Source: Octopus sinensis (lineage: Eukaryota). Taken from it: a stretch of 64,000 bases of DNA. The DNA is taken from contig NC_043017.1 of assembly GCF_006345805.1 (NCBI RefSeq), positions 11,346,001 through 11,410,000 of the forward strand, in the 5' to 3' direction. This document shows, in pieces, positions 52,088 through 64,000 of this stretch (its first letter is position 1; each line of letters opens with the position of its first letter). The translations under genes and the position numbers were made by a program. The notes under the pieces were generated by a model. The model was given only the letters and a program-made list of their open reading frames with translations, ran no database searches and was not told where the DNA came from.

Positions 52088-52810
52088 GTATTTCTTTTTA
52101 AATTCTTGTATTATATTGAAATCCCTTTTTTTATCTTTGCCTTGGTTCAGTCACTGGATTGTGGCCATACTGGAGCATTGCCTTTAAGAATTTTTACTTC
52201 AATGAATGGACCCAAGTATTTATTGATTTAAAAAAAAAAACGTCTAGCACTTATTCTGTTGCTCCTTTTTTGCTGAACTGCTAGGTCATGGGGGACATAA
52301 ACAAACCCAATGATTGAAGGGTACTCTTAAATGGGCTGGTTATGCTACACTGGCATAGGCCAAGGTTACAGTCTCACTTGGCTTGCCAGGTCTTCTCAAG
52401 CACAGCATATCTCCAAAGGTCTTGGTTGCTCGTCATCGCCTGTGTGAGGCCCAACATTCGAAGGTCATGCTTCATCACCTCATCCCAAGTCTTATATAAT
52501 TCAGCCAACAATATTGATTGATTTGCACTTGTAGATTACCCGAGCAAGAAAAATAATGAAGTAATGGTGCAAAACAGTGTTCACGTATAATCACGAATCA
52601 GGTTAGTTGAAATATGTTTGTCAAATATTTCAACTGCTAAACGGCAAAGACACTGCAGTTACTGTGGAGTTCATTCAGTGTCACCATCTCTCAGGAATCT
52701 CAGACATCGATGTTTCGGCATATTTGCCTTTATCAGTTGAAATATGTGACAAACATATTTCAACTAATCTAAATTGTGATTATACATAAACACTGCTTTA
52801 CGGCATTACT

Positions 52811-52860
<50 letters not shown>

Positions 52861-52861
<1 letters not shown>

Positions 52862-53198
52862 GGGTAAAGACCCCCTTCGGTCATGAATGACCATGGGATT
52901 GCACCTAGAAAGTTACCCTCCTAGACACAAGTCCGGGCAAGGTTGTTTATGGAAGGCTAGCAGTCGCCCATGCATACCAGCCTCCCCTCATCACGTCACC
53001 GATGTTATCCAAGGGAAAGACAAAGGTCGATACAGCTTGGCACCTGTGACGTCGCAACTCATTTCTACAGCTGAGTGAACTGGAGCAACGTGAAATAAAG
53101 TGCCTTGCTCAAGAACACAACACGCAGCCCGGTCCGGGATTCGAGCTCACAACCTCACGATCGTAAGCTCGACGCTCTAACCACTGAGCCATGCGCCT
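52861..53198 (-). mobile_element. SINE family F
   Basis: Near-identical to 16570-16890, embedded in (TA)n. Confidence 0.8.
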
Positions 53199-53529
53199 TA
53201 TATATATATATATATATAATTATTTGAGGGAATATAAATCCAAACTTACAGGGAAAAAAATTCAATTTAGAAATACTAAATCAAATTTCACACAATATAA
53301 TATATATATATATAAAAATTTAGAAGAAAACCACCCTTTATCAATTCAAAATGAACAATAAAATTACACCATCTAGAAAATTATATATAATAGAAATATT
53401 AAAATTAAAATAACAATAAAATGTCAAAGATTAAGTAAATTGCAAAATAAATAATAAAAACATATATAATTAGTAGAATAACGACACGTGTTTCATGGCT
53501 ATATTTAAGAAATGATTATAGTAGTAGTA

Positions 53530-53571
<42 letters not shown>

Positions 53572-53578
<7 letters not shown>

Positions 53579-53950
53579 AGTGAATTGAAGAAATGGAGTT
53601 GAACGAAGATTGAACAGAAATCGTTTTATTGCATTCTACACGTGTTTCGAAAGGCACAATTTACCAAATTCCGATTGAATAAGGAGACCATATTGTGTCT
53701 TTCTCTTCAGGAAGAAATAGGAAATCCATGGGCTCTTAGGAGCTGCGTTCGATTTGTTTTGCTCCGCCTCTGTTCTGTTTTTGCTTTTTCCAACGGATTT
53801 CCTATTTCTTCCTGAAGAGAAAGACACAATATGGTCTCCTTATTCAATCGGAATTTGGTAAATTGTGCCTTTCGAAACACGTGTAGAATGCAATAAAACG
53901 ATTTCTGTTCAATCTTCGTTCAACTCCATTTCTTCAATTCACCAATAATA
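53572..53950. repeat. Foldback element, about 156-bp near-perfect arms, 67-nt loop
   Basis: Arms 53572-53727 and 53795-53950, next to (TA)n. Confidence 0.88.
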
Positions 53951-54098
53951 TTAAAATTCAATTATCCGCACCAACGCACGGTTGCAACACCATATGGTTG
54001 TACCTCCAACCGTGCTGTCTTCTGCTGTGATTTTTGCTACCAAGGTATCGGTTAAACTTTTGATTAATCTGCAACAAGATTATTCATCTTTCTATTTC

Positions 54099-54142
<44 letters not shown>

Positions 54143-54243
54143 CATATTTACATACACATGTGTGGCCACACATACATGCACATATATAAACAAGTTAAAA
54201 TTTATTTTCACTATTTATTCATCACACATTGTTTCCTTTTTAG

Positions 54244-54435
54244 AATCTTGTTTGCTGCCATTCATACCAAATGGATATTTCTTATATAGAAATCATAAAC
54301 AGATACAAGACAAACTCATCAAAAATGGTACCGCTATCAAGACGTTCTGTGATTCAAACCATAATTTGAGTGGACCAAAGACAATTGTCTGTACCTATGG
54401 AAAATGGTTACCAAAGGTTCCAGTTTGCCAAAAAT
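54244..54435 (+). CDS. CCP/Sushi exon B4
   Basis: ttttag acceptor, T|GTGAGT donor, 192 nt. SCLLPFIPNG...LIKNGTAIKTFCDSNHNLSGPKTIVCTYGKWLPKVPVCQK. Confidence 0.93.
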
Positions 54436-55499
54436 GTGAGTAAAAGATGAAATAGTTTGGTGTTCTTCTGAGAAAAAGAAAATTAAAATTTGAAGCGGCA
54501 ACCCCCACTGACCCATTTTTAATATTCCTCATCTTCTCTTTCTGTCTGTCTGTCCATCTGTCTCACTCTCTCACTCTCTTTTCATCTGACATCTCTGCAA
54601 GTATTAGACGTTCATAAATTAACTTTACAACTTTCACAATTTATTGCTTCAAATTGTAATGCTAATTTATGGACTTCTTTGTCCAATCTTTAACTCAATT
54701 TCTTTGATGTTTTCCTCCTTTGATGGTTCCAAATATATGAGACTATACATCCATCTGCTTCACAATTGTTCTGTTAATTCTTATGTTGCATATTGGTGAT
54801 ATTTTGTTTGAAATTGTCATTGGATGTGCGCGCAAGCGAGCATGCGTGTGTATGTGTGTGTGTGTGTGTCTGGGTGTGTGTTTTGCTGTTAAGACCTTGA
54901 ACCATTTTTCTATTCATTGTTAACATCTTGTTGCTATATTCCTGTTGAGGTGCACTGTCCTTTGTTTTAATTGATTTTGAAAATTACAAAATAACAACGA
55001 ATTCAGTAATTATATCTTAATCATTATTAAAATAGGTTTTGCAACAAATTAAGATGAAATTTTAATGGAAGTTTATAATTAATGGGTACTTTTATATGCC
55101 ACCAGCATAGGTGCGATTTGTGTGACACCAGTATCTGCCATGACTGCAATTTTGCTCGGCTTGATAGGTCTTCTTCTCAAGCACGACAATGCTAAAGGTC
55201 AAGGTCCTTGCCATTGCCTCCTTGAGGCCCAACACTCGAAAAGAACTCAGCCACTTTGTCTCCGTCAGGCTCAACGCTCGAAAGAAACCCATCCACTTTG
55301 CCTCCATGAGGCTCAACGTTTAAAGGTCGAATTTTTATGTGCCACCAGCATGGGTGCACTTGGCTTGACAGGTCCCCTTAAGCAGAGCACATTACCAAAT
55401 GTCTCGGTCATTAGTCATTGCCTCTGTGAGGTTCGAAGTTAGAAGGTCATGCTTCACTACCTCATTCCATGTCTTCTTGGGCCTACTTCCACAGTTAGC

Positions 55500-55960
55500 A
55501 ATTGACACTTCTTTACACAGCTATCTTAGTCCATATACATCACATGACCATACCAGCACAGTTGTCTCTCTTGCACACCACATCTGATTCCTCTTATGCC
55601 TAACTTTTTTCTCAAGATGCTTACATTCTGTCAAATATGCACACTGCCATTGCACATTCAGTAAAGCATACTGGCTTCATTTCTCTCAAGCCTACACATG
55701 TCCTCGACTGTCACAGCCCATGTTTCCCTGCCATGTAGCATACCTGTTCGCACACAAGCATCATACAATTTGCCTTTCACTCTGAGAGAGAGAGGCCTTT
55801 GTTGAAAGCAGAGGCAGGAACTCTCTGAACTTTGTCCAGCCTAATCTGAACTTTGTCCAGCCTAATCTTATTCTCCACCTCCACTACTCACTTGGTCACC
55901 TAGATAATGGAAGTAATCTTTTACCTGTAGCTTTCCCTACTGGCAGTTGATGGAGTCTAT
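55500..55960 (-). mobile_element. RTE-like LINE 3' fragment
   Basis: Minus strand reads like FRELLPL...KGKLYDACVRT.MLHG.ETW in degenerate frames. Confidence 0.55.
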
Positions 55961-56144
55961 TTTATGGACATGTTCATTTACCTATTTTATTCCCACCTGC
56001 CTTACAGCACCATTTCCTTTATCTTATTCACTCTCAGACAAAAAACAAAGGCCAAAGTGTTAGAGTCTCCACTTTTTATGGCAACCAAACTTATTCCAAA
56101 ATCTTCTTCACATATACTTTTGGCTTTCTTCTTCTCATTTCCAG

Positions 56145-56381
56145 ATTCCTGCATTCCTCTGACAAACAGCACCACTTCTCCCCTGGTTTTACTTCAAGAC
56201 ACTCACCACAGAAAGGATCAAGAGATTGGGTCAGTCTCTTTGTTCCAAGACCAGCTCCACCCACATGGGACTGTTGTAAAACTAGCCTGTGACCCCAGCA
56301 AATATAAATCTAAAAATGGTGTTACAACCTCGACATGTCTCAATGGGAAATGGACTGTGACTGACCTGGAATGTCAACCAT
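56145..56381 (+). CDS. CCP/Sushi exon B5 (long variable loop)
   Basis: ttccag acceptor, T|GTATGA donor, 237 nt. SCIPLTNSTTSPLVLLQDTHHRKDQEIGSVSLFQDQLHPHGTVVKLACDPSKYKSKNGVTTSTCLNGKWTVTDLECQP. Confidence 0.9.
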
Positions 56382-56604
56382 GTATGACTTCACTTTTAGT
56401 TTTTTAATCATATTTCTTTTCTTTCACAATTATACTTCAATAATTTTTTTAAAAATCGTTTCTTTCATTTCTAAAAATATTGAAACTTTAGATATTCTTC
56501 TGAAAAAGAAAACAACAACAGTTAAATTCCTTTGCATTAATTATCATAACGATAATTATAAATATTATTGTTGTTATTATAACTATTGTTACCATCATCC
56601 TCGT

Positions 56605-57290
56605 TAAGGCAGTGAGCTGGCAGAATCGTTAGAATACTGGAAAAAATTATTAGTATCATCTCATCCATCTTTATGTTCTGAGTTCAAATTCTGCCAAGGT
56701 TGACTTTGTCTTTCATCCTTTCAGGGTCAATGAAATGTATACCAGTTGTGCACTGGGGTCAATGTAATCAACTAGCCCTCTCCCCTAAATAATTTCAGGT
56801 CTTCTGCCTATAGTAGAAAAGATTATTATAATCCTTTCTACTATAGGCACAAGACCTCAAATTTGTTGGGTGGGGACTAGTCAATTATATCGACCCCATT
56901 GTTTCACTGGTACTTAATATATTGACCCCGAAATGATGAAAGGCAAAGCTGACCTCAGCGGAATTTGAACTCAGAACATAGCGACAGGTGAAATACCACT
57001 AAGCATTTCATCCAGTATGCTAACGATTCTGCCAGCTCACCGCCTTAGAATGGATTATCATAATAATAATAATCCTTATTATGAAGGCAGAGAGCTGGCA
57101 GAATCGTTAGCATGCTGGGCAAAATGCTTAGTGGTATTTCACCTGTCGCTATGTTCTGAGTTCAAATTCCGCTGAGGTCAACTTTGCCTTTCATCCTTTC
57201 AAGGTCAATGAAATAGGTACCAGTTGAATACTGGGGTTGACCGGTCCCCTCCCACAAAATTTCAGGCCTTGTGCCTATAGTAGACAGGAT
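56605..57290. mobile_element. Three adjacent family D-related SINEs in +/-/+ orientation
   Basis: Copies at about 56605-56830 (+), 56830-57050 (-) and 57085-57290 (+). Further copies near 23760-23970, 28060-28280, 31245-31460, 48830-49010, 49850-50070, 51655-51850 and 58045-58250. Confidence 0.75.
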
Positions 57291-57331
57291 TATTATTATT
57301 ATTATCATTATCATTATTATTATTATTATCA

Positions 57332-57364
<33 letters not shown>

Positions 57365-57378
57365 TATTATTATTACTA

Positions 57379-57428
<50 letters not shown>

Positions 57429-57970
57429 GAGTGAGCGAGCAGAGCATGCCATCAAAGTGACACTGAGGTAAAATATACGAAGCCCAGTATACCCATCATG
57501 ACTACCCGTCTGATAAGGGTACACCAGGCACATGCATCACAACCATATGTGCGCGACATGGTGATCTCATATCAAGATAAACAGCACATGACCTTGCAGG
57601 TGGAGCCCAGTTAGAATTTTCTTCAGATCGAGTAACCCATCCCGCTCAAAAGGTCCCTGAATAAGGGTTGTTTAAGGACGTTGAACGAAACACCCATGTT
57701 TCCAGAGGTGAATTATTCAAACCCCAAAGAATCTTTCTCAACACATGGCTATGATGCCCCCCCACTACTTCTGCTCGTGATCAGAGATGCACATATCGTC
57801 AGCCACTAAGGGACATGCTCAACTGGTTAAGGTCAAACAACTGACAAGCAAATCTGTGGTATTGAGCAGAATATTTGCTGTAGCCCATCTTTTATACCAA
57901 GACAAAACAATGTACATGATAACACTTCCAATCAGTTAAGATCAGAAGCCATGAGAGCCACTGCCTGGTA
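57429..57970 (-). mobile_element. Interspersed repeat family E
   Basis: Near-identical to 50566-51004. Confidence 0.7.
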
Positions 57971-58288
57971 CTGCATCAGGGCTATTATTATTATTATTAT
58001 TATTATTATTATCATCATCATTATTATTATTATTATTATTATTATTAAGGCAGGAAGCTAGCAGAATTGTTAGTGTGTCAGACTAAATTCTTAGTGACAT
58101 TTCTTCTGATGTTTAACATTATGAGTTCAAATTCCAGTGAAGCTGACTTTATCTTTCATCCTTTCAGGGGTCAACAAAATAAATACCAGTCACGTACACG
58201 TTGTAATGAATTAACCCCTCCTCTCAGATTTGTTAGTCCCTTGTCAAAAATTAGAAAAGAACAATTATCACTTTTGTTTTCATTTCAG

Positions 58289-58483
58289 TTTCGTGTCTAC
58301 AGTTAAAAAATGACAGTGTTTCTTCACCTTTGACCTTGATTGGGTCAACTTCGAGGCTAATGCTGCACTCAAGTACAGTGGAATTACACTGCAATCCACA
58401 GACAACCATTCCTTTAAACAATAACATCCGGTCAGTTTGCCAGTATGGGAAGTGGATACCAAGTCTTTTGGAATGTAAACCAA
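58289..58483 (+). CDS. CCP/Sushi exon B6 (not in the ORF track)
   Basis: tttcag acceptor, A|GTAGGT donor, 195 nt. Hand translation: SCLQLKNDSVSSPLTLIGSTSRLMLHSSTVELHCNPQTTIPLNNNIRSVCQYGKWIPSLLECKP. Confidence 0.9.
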
Positions 58484-58739
58484 GTAGGTTAACATTTATT
58501 TAGTAAATAAATAGACCAAGTAAGTGATTCTATAGGAAAGAAATATTAGTGCCACAGAGTATAATTTTTATATTGTTAATCATGTATTTTACATCTGTTT
58601 TTCCATGTCTTCATGTGTTAGATGGGTATGTTATTAAGGCATTGTTGTACAGCAGGATGCCTATTTGGATCATATTTGGAATGTTTGTTTAATGATGATA
58701 ATTTTGAGACATTGGTTTTCTCAAGAAATTCCTCCCAGT

Positions 58740-58977
58740 GCACTCTGCAAGTTAGAGGAACACCAATGAGACAAGTGGAGAACTTTGTCTATTTTGGGGA
58801 TGTAGTCAAGTGTAATGGAAATCAGGATGCTGAATTGAATGCTAGAATTGCAGGAACCGATAGAGTAATACACCATCTCCAGCATTCAATCTTCAGAAGA
58901 GGGGAAGTCGGTTAAAATGTTAAACTCACCGTCTTTGATTTGGTGCCTATCTTAACCTATGGTTATGAATGCTGGGT
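58740..58977 (+). mobile_element. RTE-clade LINE fragment
   Basis: QVENFVYFG...ELNARI...PILTYGYECW matches the post-RT region of RTE elements. Confidence 0.65.
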
Positions 58978-58995
58978 ATATATATATATATATAT

Positions 58996-60048
58996 ATTTC
59001 AACAATTGAGGGCAAAATTAATTAATTATTAATCAATTTCACCAAGTGTTCAGTATGCAAAGGGACCATTCAAGGCGAATTCAAATTATTACATTATATA
59101 AAAGGGCTTAGTAAAATAAATTACTTTGCCGCATACTGAACTCATTAGAAATAGCAGCTAAAAAACTTTTTTAAGGCTATTCTAATACTTAAAGAAAATC
59201 TCTCTCATATATAGTGTTTGCATAATTTAACTCACAAAAGTTTGGGGGTAATGACATCGAAAAATCAAATGCTAAGGTTATTCGAGAACGTACGTTTCAA
59301 GATTAGTCAAAACAACATTTCTATCATCGGCTCGGAAATTCCTTGGTTTGGATTTGGAAACACTGAAAATAAGAACATACCCTCTCGAAGATCTGCTCCC
59401 AACTAACAGTGTCAACAAATTCAAAATAAGCAAGCGAAGAATCTCTGTTCTCCCCTTTCACCAGCGTGGGTTAAAATCATCAAACTCTATGCTTATTTCG
59501 GTAAAGTCCGAAGCATTAATCAGAGGGAGATTAATTATAATTTCAACAATTGAGGGCAAAATTAATTAATTATTAATCAATTTCACCAAGTGTTCAGTAT
59601 GCAAAGGGACCATTCAAGGCGAATTCAATTATTACATTATATAAAAGGGCTTAGTAAAATAAATTACTTTGCCGCATACTGAACTCATTAGAAATAGCAG
59701 CTAAAAAACTTTTTTAAGGCTATTTCTAATACTTAAGAAAATCTCTCTCATATATAGTGTTTGCATAATTTAACTCACAAAAGTTTGGGGGTAATGACAT
59801 CGAAAAATCAAATGCTAAGGTTATTCGAGAACGTACGTTTCAAGATTAGTCAAAACAACATTTCTATCATCGGCTCGGAAATTCCTTGGTTTGGATTTGG
59901 AAACACTGAAAATAAGAACATACCCTCTCGAAGATCTGCTCCCAACTTTAAGTATTAGAAATAGCCTTAAAAAAGTTTTTTAGCTGCTATTTCTAATGAG
60001 TTCAGTATGCGGCAAAGTAATTTATTTTACTAAGCCCTTTTATATAAT
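58996..60048. repeat. Direct duplication of about 410 bp plus TIR element
   Basis: 58996-59404 is repeated at 59540-59947. About 100-bp TIRs at 59636-59736 and 59948-60048, with an extra left TIR in the first copy. Confidence 0.85.
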
Positions 60049-60078
60049 ATATATTATATATATATATATATACAATAC

Positions 60079-60225
<147 letters not shown>

Positions 60226-60227
60226 AT

Positions 60228-60425
60228 ACGGCATGATAGATCGTTAGCTCCTACACGCATTTTTCTCTCCTTGTTTCTTTTCTGTGTATCTTTCTGTCAA
60301 AGAGCATAGGCTCGAAACGTAAAAGACTTGTTCTATTTCTATTCCTGAGCGCTATACTAATACATTTGTTTGTTTGTACTCCACCTGCCTTCGTCTTTTG
60401 TTTATTTTCGTAAACCTTCCCGTTA
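60228..60425 (+). mobile_element. Second well-preserved copy of the hammerhead-bearing repeat
   Basis: Near-identical to about 47470-47650. Fold at 60289-60326 carries a G8A change. Confidence 0.65.
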
Positions 60426-60441
60426 TATATATGTATATATA

Positions 60442-60481
<40 letters not shown>

Positions 60482-60570
60482 TACGTGTATATATATATGT
60501 GTATATATATATATATATATATGTATATGTATATGTATATACATATGTATATAATATATATTATATATAT

Positions 60571-60624
<54 letters not shown>

Positions 60625-60656
60625 TACGTGTATATATATGTGTATATATATATATA

Positions 60657-60755
<99 letters not shown>

Positions 60756-60842
60756 TATATATACATACATATATATGTGTGTGTGTGTACATATATATAT
60801 ATATATCATGTTTGTTATTCTGTGCCTTGGAATATTTTGCAG

Positions 60843-61028
60843 GGCCTTGTGTACTGCCAGAATTCAAAGAGACAAGCTACAGATTCCTGAACGACGAGCC
60901 AGTGGTAAACTTCACCATTCCAAGTGGTACCTACATCCATGTGATCTGTGAGAAGCCCCATCTCATACCCACAGTAGTGCTTTGTCACTACGGTAAATGG
61001 GTGCTGCCAGTGCGTTCCTGTTTTGACG
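60843..61028 (+). CDS. CCP/Sushi exon B7
   Basis: ttgcag acceptor, G|GTTAGT donor, 186 nt. [61 protein letters not shown]. Confidence 0.92.
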
Positions 61029-61894
61029 GTTAGTTCATGTCGGTGCCAGTGTTACCATTCCAGAGCTGGTTGCTGATGTTGCTGTTGTTGTTGTTGTTGT
61101 TGTTGTTGTTATAGCTGTTGCAGTTATTGTAGACATTGATGATGATGATGATGATGATGATGAAGATGATGATGAGGGTAATGATAATGACAACAACAAT
61201 GATGATAATGATGAGGGTGGTTGTGATGAAGATGATGATGGGAAGGTGGTGATGGTCATGACGATGGCCGTGGTGGTGGTGGTGGTGGTGGTGGTGGTAG
61301 TAGTAGTGGTAGTGGTGGTGATGGTATTGGTGGTCTCAGTGGTGATGGTGGGGGGTGACGATTGTGGTGATGATGATTATGGTGTTGTTGGCAGTGATGA
61401 CGACGACAATGACGATGATGATGGATAATGGTGATGGCAATGATGGTGATGGCAATGATGGTGATGGCAATGATGGTGATGCTGGTAGTAGTGATGGTTG
61501 TGTCCTTGTCTCCTCCCTTGTTAATAAAGCAGTCATGCATCACTTAGAGACTTTGACGACAGAAACAGTTTCTTATTTGTATTACAGGCATTGGTGACTT
61601 TGATGGGCTGCCGGGTATGTCAGTGGGTGTGTGTGTGCTGTAGGGTAGTTGTGCCTGTATGTGTGTGTGAATGTATATATGCACACACACTCATATATGT
61701 ATATTTATTATATATATGCATATGTAAGTATATATATATGTATATATATAATATAGAGAGAGAGAGAGAAGGGGGGCAAGAGAGAGCGTGAAAGATATAT
61801 AAGTATATGGCTATGTACGCCTGTATGAGTATATTTATATATATACACGTATATTATATATGATATACATTGTATGTATATATATACATATATA

Positions 61895-61940
<46 letters not shown>

Positions 61941-62061
61941 TGAGAGAGAGAGGGACAGGAGAGAGAGTGATAGATATATAAGTATTTGGATATGTATGCA
62001 TGTATGTATATTTATATATATATACACATATATTATATATATATAATATACATTGTATGTG

Positions 62062-62096
<35 letters not shown>

Positions 62097-62264
62097 ATGT
62101 ACACTTACGTGTGCATATGGATACATACACATGAATATATATTTATGTGTGTGTGTGTATACATACACATATATACAGGTTATGTAGATTATCACGCCAA
62201 TTTAACACACACACACACACACACACACATACACATACACATACACAATCAGCTCCTATCTTAG

Positions 62265-62296
62265 AGTTTAAACACTACTTCTTGTCCATGGATTAA
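62265..62296 (+). CDS. Candidate terminal coding exon of gene B
   Basis: ctatcttag acceptor. Phase-1 join to B7 gives SCFD-EFKHYFLSMD*, followed by A-rich sequence with AATAAA at 62383-62388 and further copies. The pyrimidine tract is weak. Confidence 0.35.
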
Positions 62297-62839
62297 AGAA
62301 ACACTACAAAACAAAAAAAAAACCATCATCGTAAACAAAAATATATAAAAGTAAGCATCAATAGTGCATAAACAAACAAACAAATAAATAAGTAAATAAA
62401 TAAACACATTGCATGTTGTATTAGAAGGACTCGTTTCTATTTTTGAAGCAAGAAGGAGTTTAAATAAATAAATAAATATAGAAACAAAAATATCGCTAAG
62501 TAAATAAAAATGAAGGAGGAGGTTTCAGAATCTTGAGGATTCTAAGTGGGAGGGCATGGTGTTATGGATTGTCAAGCACAAAAAGCCCTATTGTTGTTAT
62601 TGCTGTTGTTGTTGTTGTTGTTGTTGTGGTGGTGGTGGTGGTGGTGCATTTTCATTTTTTGAATAATTCTCTGTAGATAGAATTTGAAATGTGGATGTTG
62701 TGGGTGGGTGCTTGACATGTGGGGTGAGGCAATGAGGGGGGGTGTCATGTGTGTTGTGGGTTGCATGCATGCATATATATGTATATGTATGTGTATTGGT
62801 ATGTGAGTGTGCATGTGTGTATGTATACATATGTGTATG

Positions 62840-62870
<31 letters not shown>

Positions 62871-62980
62871 TAATATATATATATAATATATATAATATAT
62901 ATATATATTATATAATATATAGAATATATATAATAATATAGATAATATATATATATAATAATATAATAATATATATTATA

Positions 62981-63013
<33 letters not shown>

Positions 63014-63261
63014 AAACAAATGGATACATATACATGTATATACATATACCCACATAAACACATCTATATCTGAATATATAGGAGGTGGTATCAAAAGGGT
63101 CCCAGAATGGTTATGTTTAATAAAAAAATTACTTATTTACCTACATTTTAACCCCATCTTTGACATAGTCACCTTGCACGGCAATACACCTTAACCACTA
63201 AGCCATACACCCTCATGAGACAACCATGTGTGTGTGTGTTTTGTATGGGTATTTATATATA

Positions 63262-63300
<39 letters not shown>

Positions 63301-64000
63301 CGTCATCATTACCGTTATTTACAGTTCCTTTTTTCATGCTGATATGGGTGGGACATTTCAACTGGAACTGACAAGGCTGATGACTATGCTAAGCTCCAAA
63401 GTCTGCTTTGGCATGGATTCTACAGATGGTTACTTTTCCTTATGCCAACCATTTTCCATATGAATTTTCAATATGATGCTAATAACAATTTTCATGAGAA
63501 ATTAACAAATAATAATAACAACAATAACAACATTAACAATTATATTAATAATAACTAAATATTTTTGTTATTCTTCATCTAATTTTTCTTCCTAATAGCA
63601 TGAATATTTATTTCTACGTATAGTTCTATATTTTTATGTCTCCTTATATATTTCTATAAATTCTGATATATCTTTTATATTTTCACAAAATTTTAAAAAA
63701 TTATTTAAAATGTGTTATTTTATTTACTTCATGTTTATTAATTTATTGTAGAAGCATTTTATACAATGTTTGTATTTAAGCATTTTATGAAATTGTACTT
63801 TTGAAGGGCTGTATATATGTTGTGTATTACATGTAATCATGTATATAATATATCTTATGTCACATATATATATATTAAGTATATATACATATATATATCA
63901 AAAGGGTCTGTTATAACACTATTCCACATATGCATAAACAGCCATAACAGCAATCCAACATACCCCCATCATCAGCTGCCACACAGATATCATTATGGTT

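Noticed and set aside
59218-59958. Duplicated ORF MHNLTHKSLG...
   Set aside because: Lies inside the duplicated TIR element; no recognisable domain or splice context.

Overview
AT-rich, microsatellite- and retroposon-dense animal genomic DNA. The SINE families look like those of Octopus (coleoid cephalopod); this is from recall, not a search. The biological content is a + strand array of 19 intact single-exon CCP/Sushi (SCR) modules, each bounded by phase-1 introns, spread from 215 to 61028. Three of them (13793, 46303, 58289) are absent from the supplied ORF track in the correct frame. The exons form two blocks. Block A has 12 modules (215-31178); its 5' end lies outside the window and it appears to terminate at an atypical six-cysteine module. 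Block B has 7 modules (46303-61028) with a different sequence signature. A 15-kb transposon-rich gap with no CCP exon separates them. The simplest reading is two tandem paralogous genes for secreted all-CCP proteins (factor H-like or LEV-9/Hasp-like); a single 19-module gene is not excluded. Also present: a probable decayed CCP pseudo-exon (5638), several long hairpin/palindromic elements near exons, a Penelope-type repeat family with a minimal hammerhead ribozyme fold, R4/RTE/CR1-like LINE remnants, mariner- and piggyBac-like MITEs and two local tandem duplications. No CRISPR array, rRNA or true tRNA gene was found. Nearly all other listed ORFs are microsatellite artefacts.
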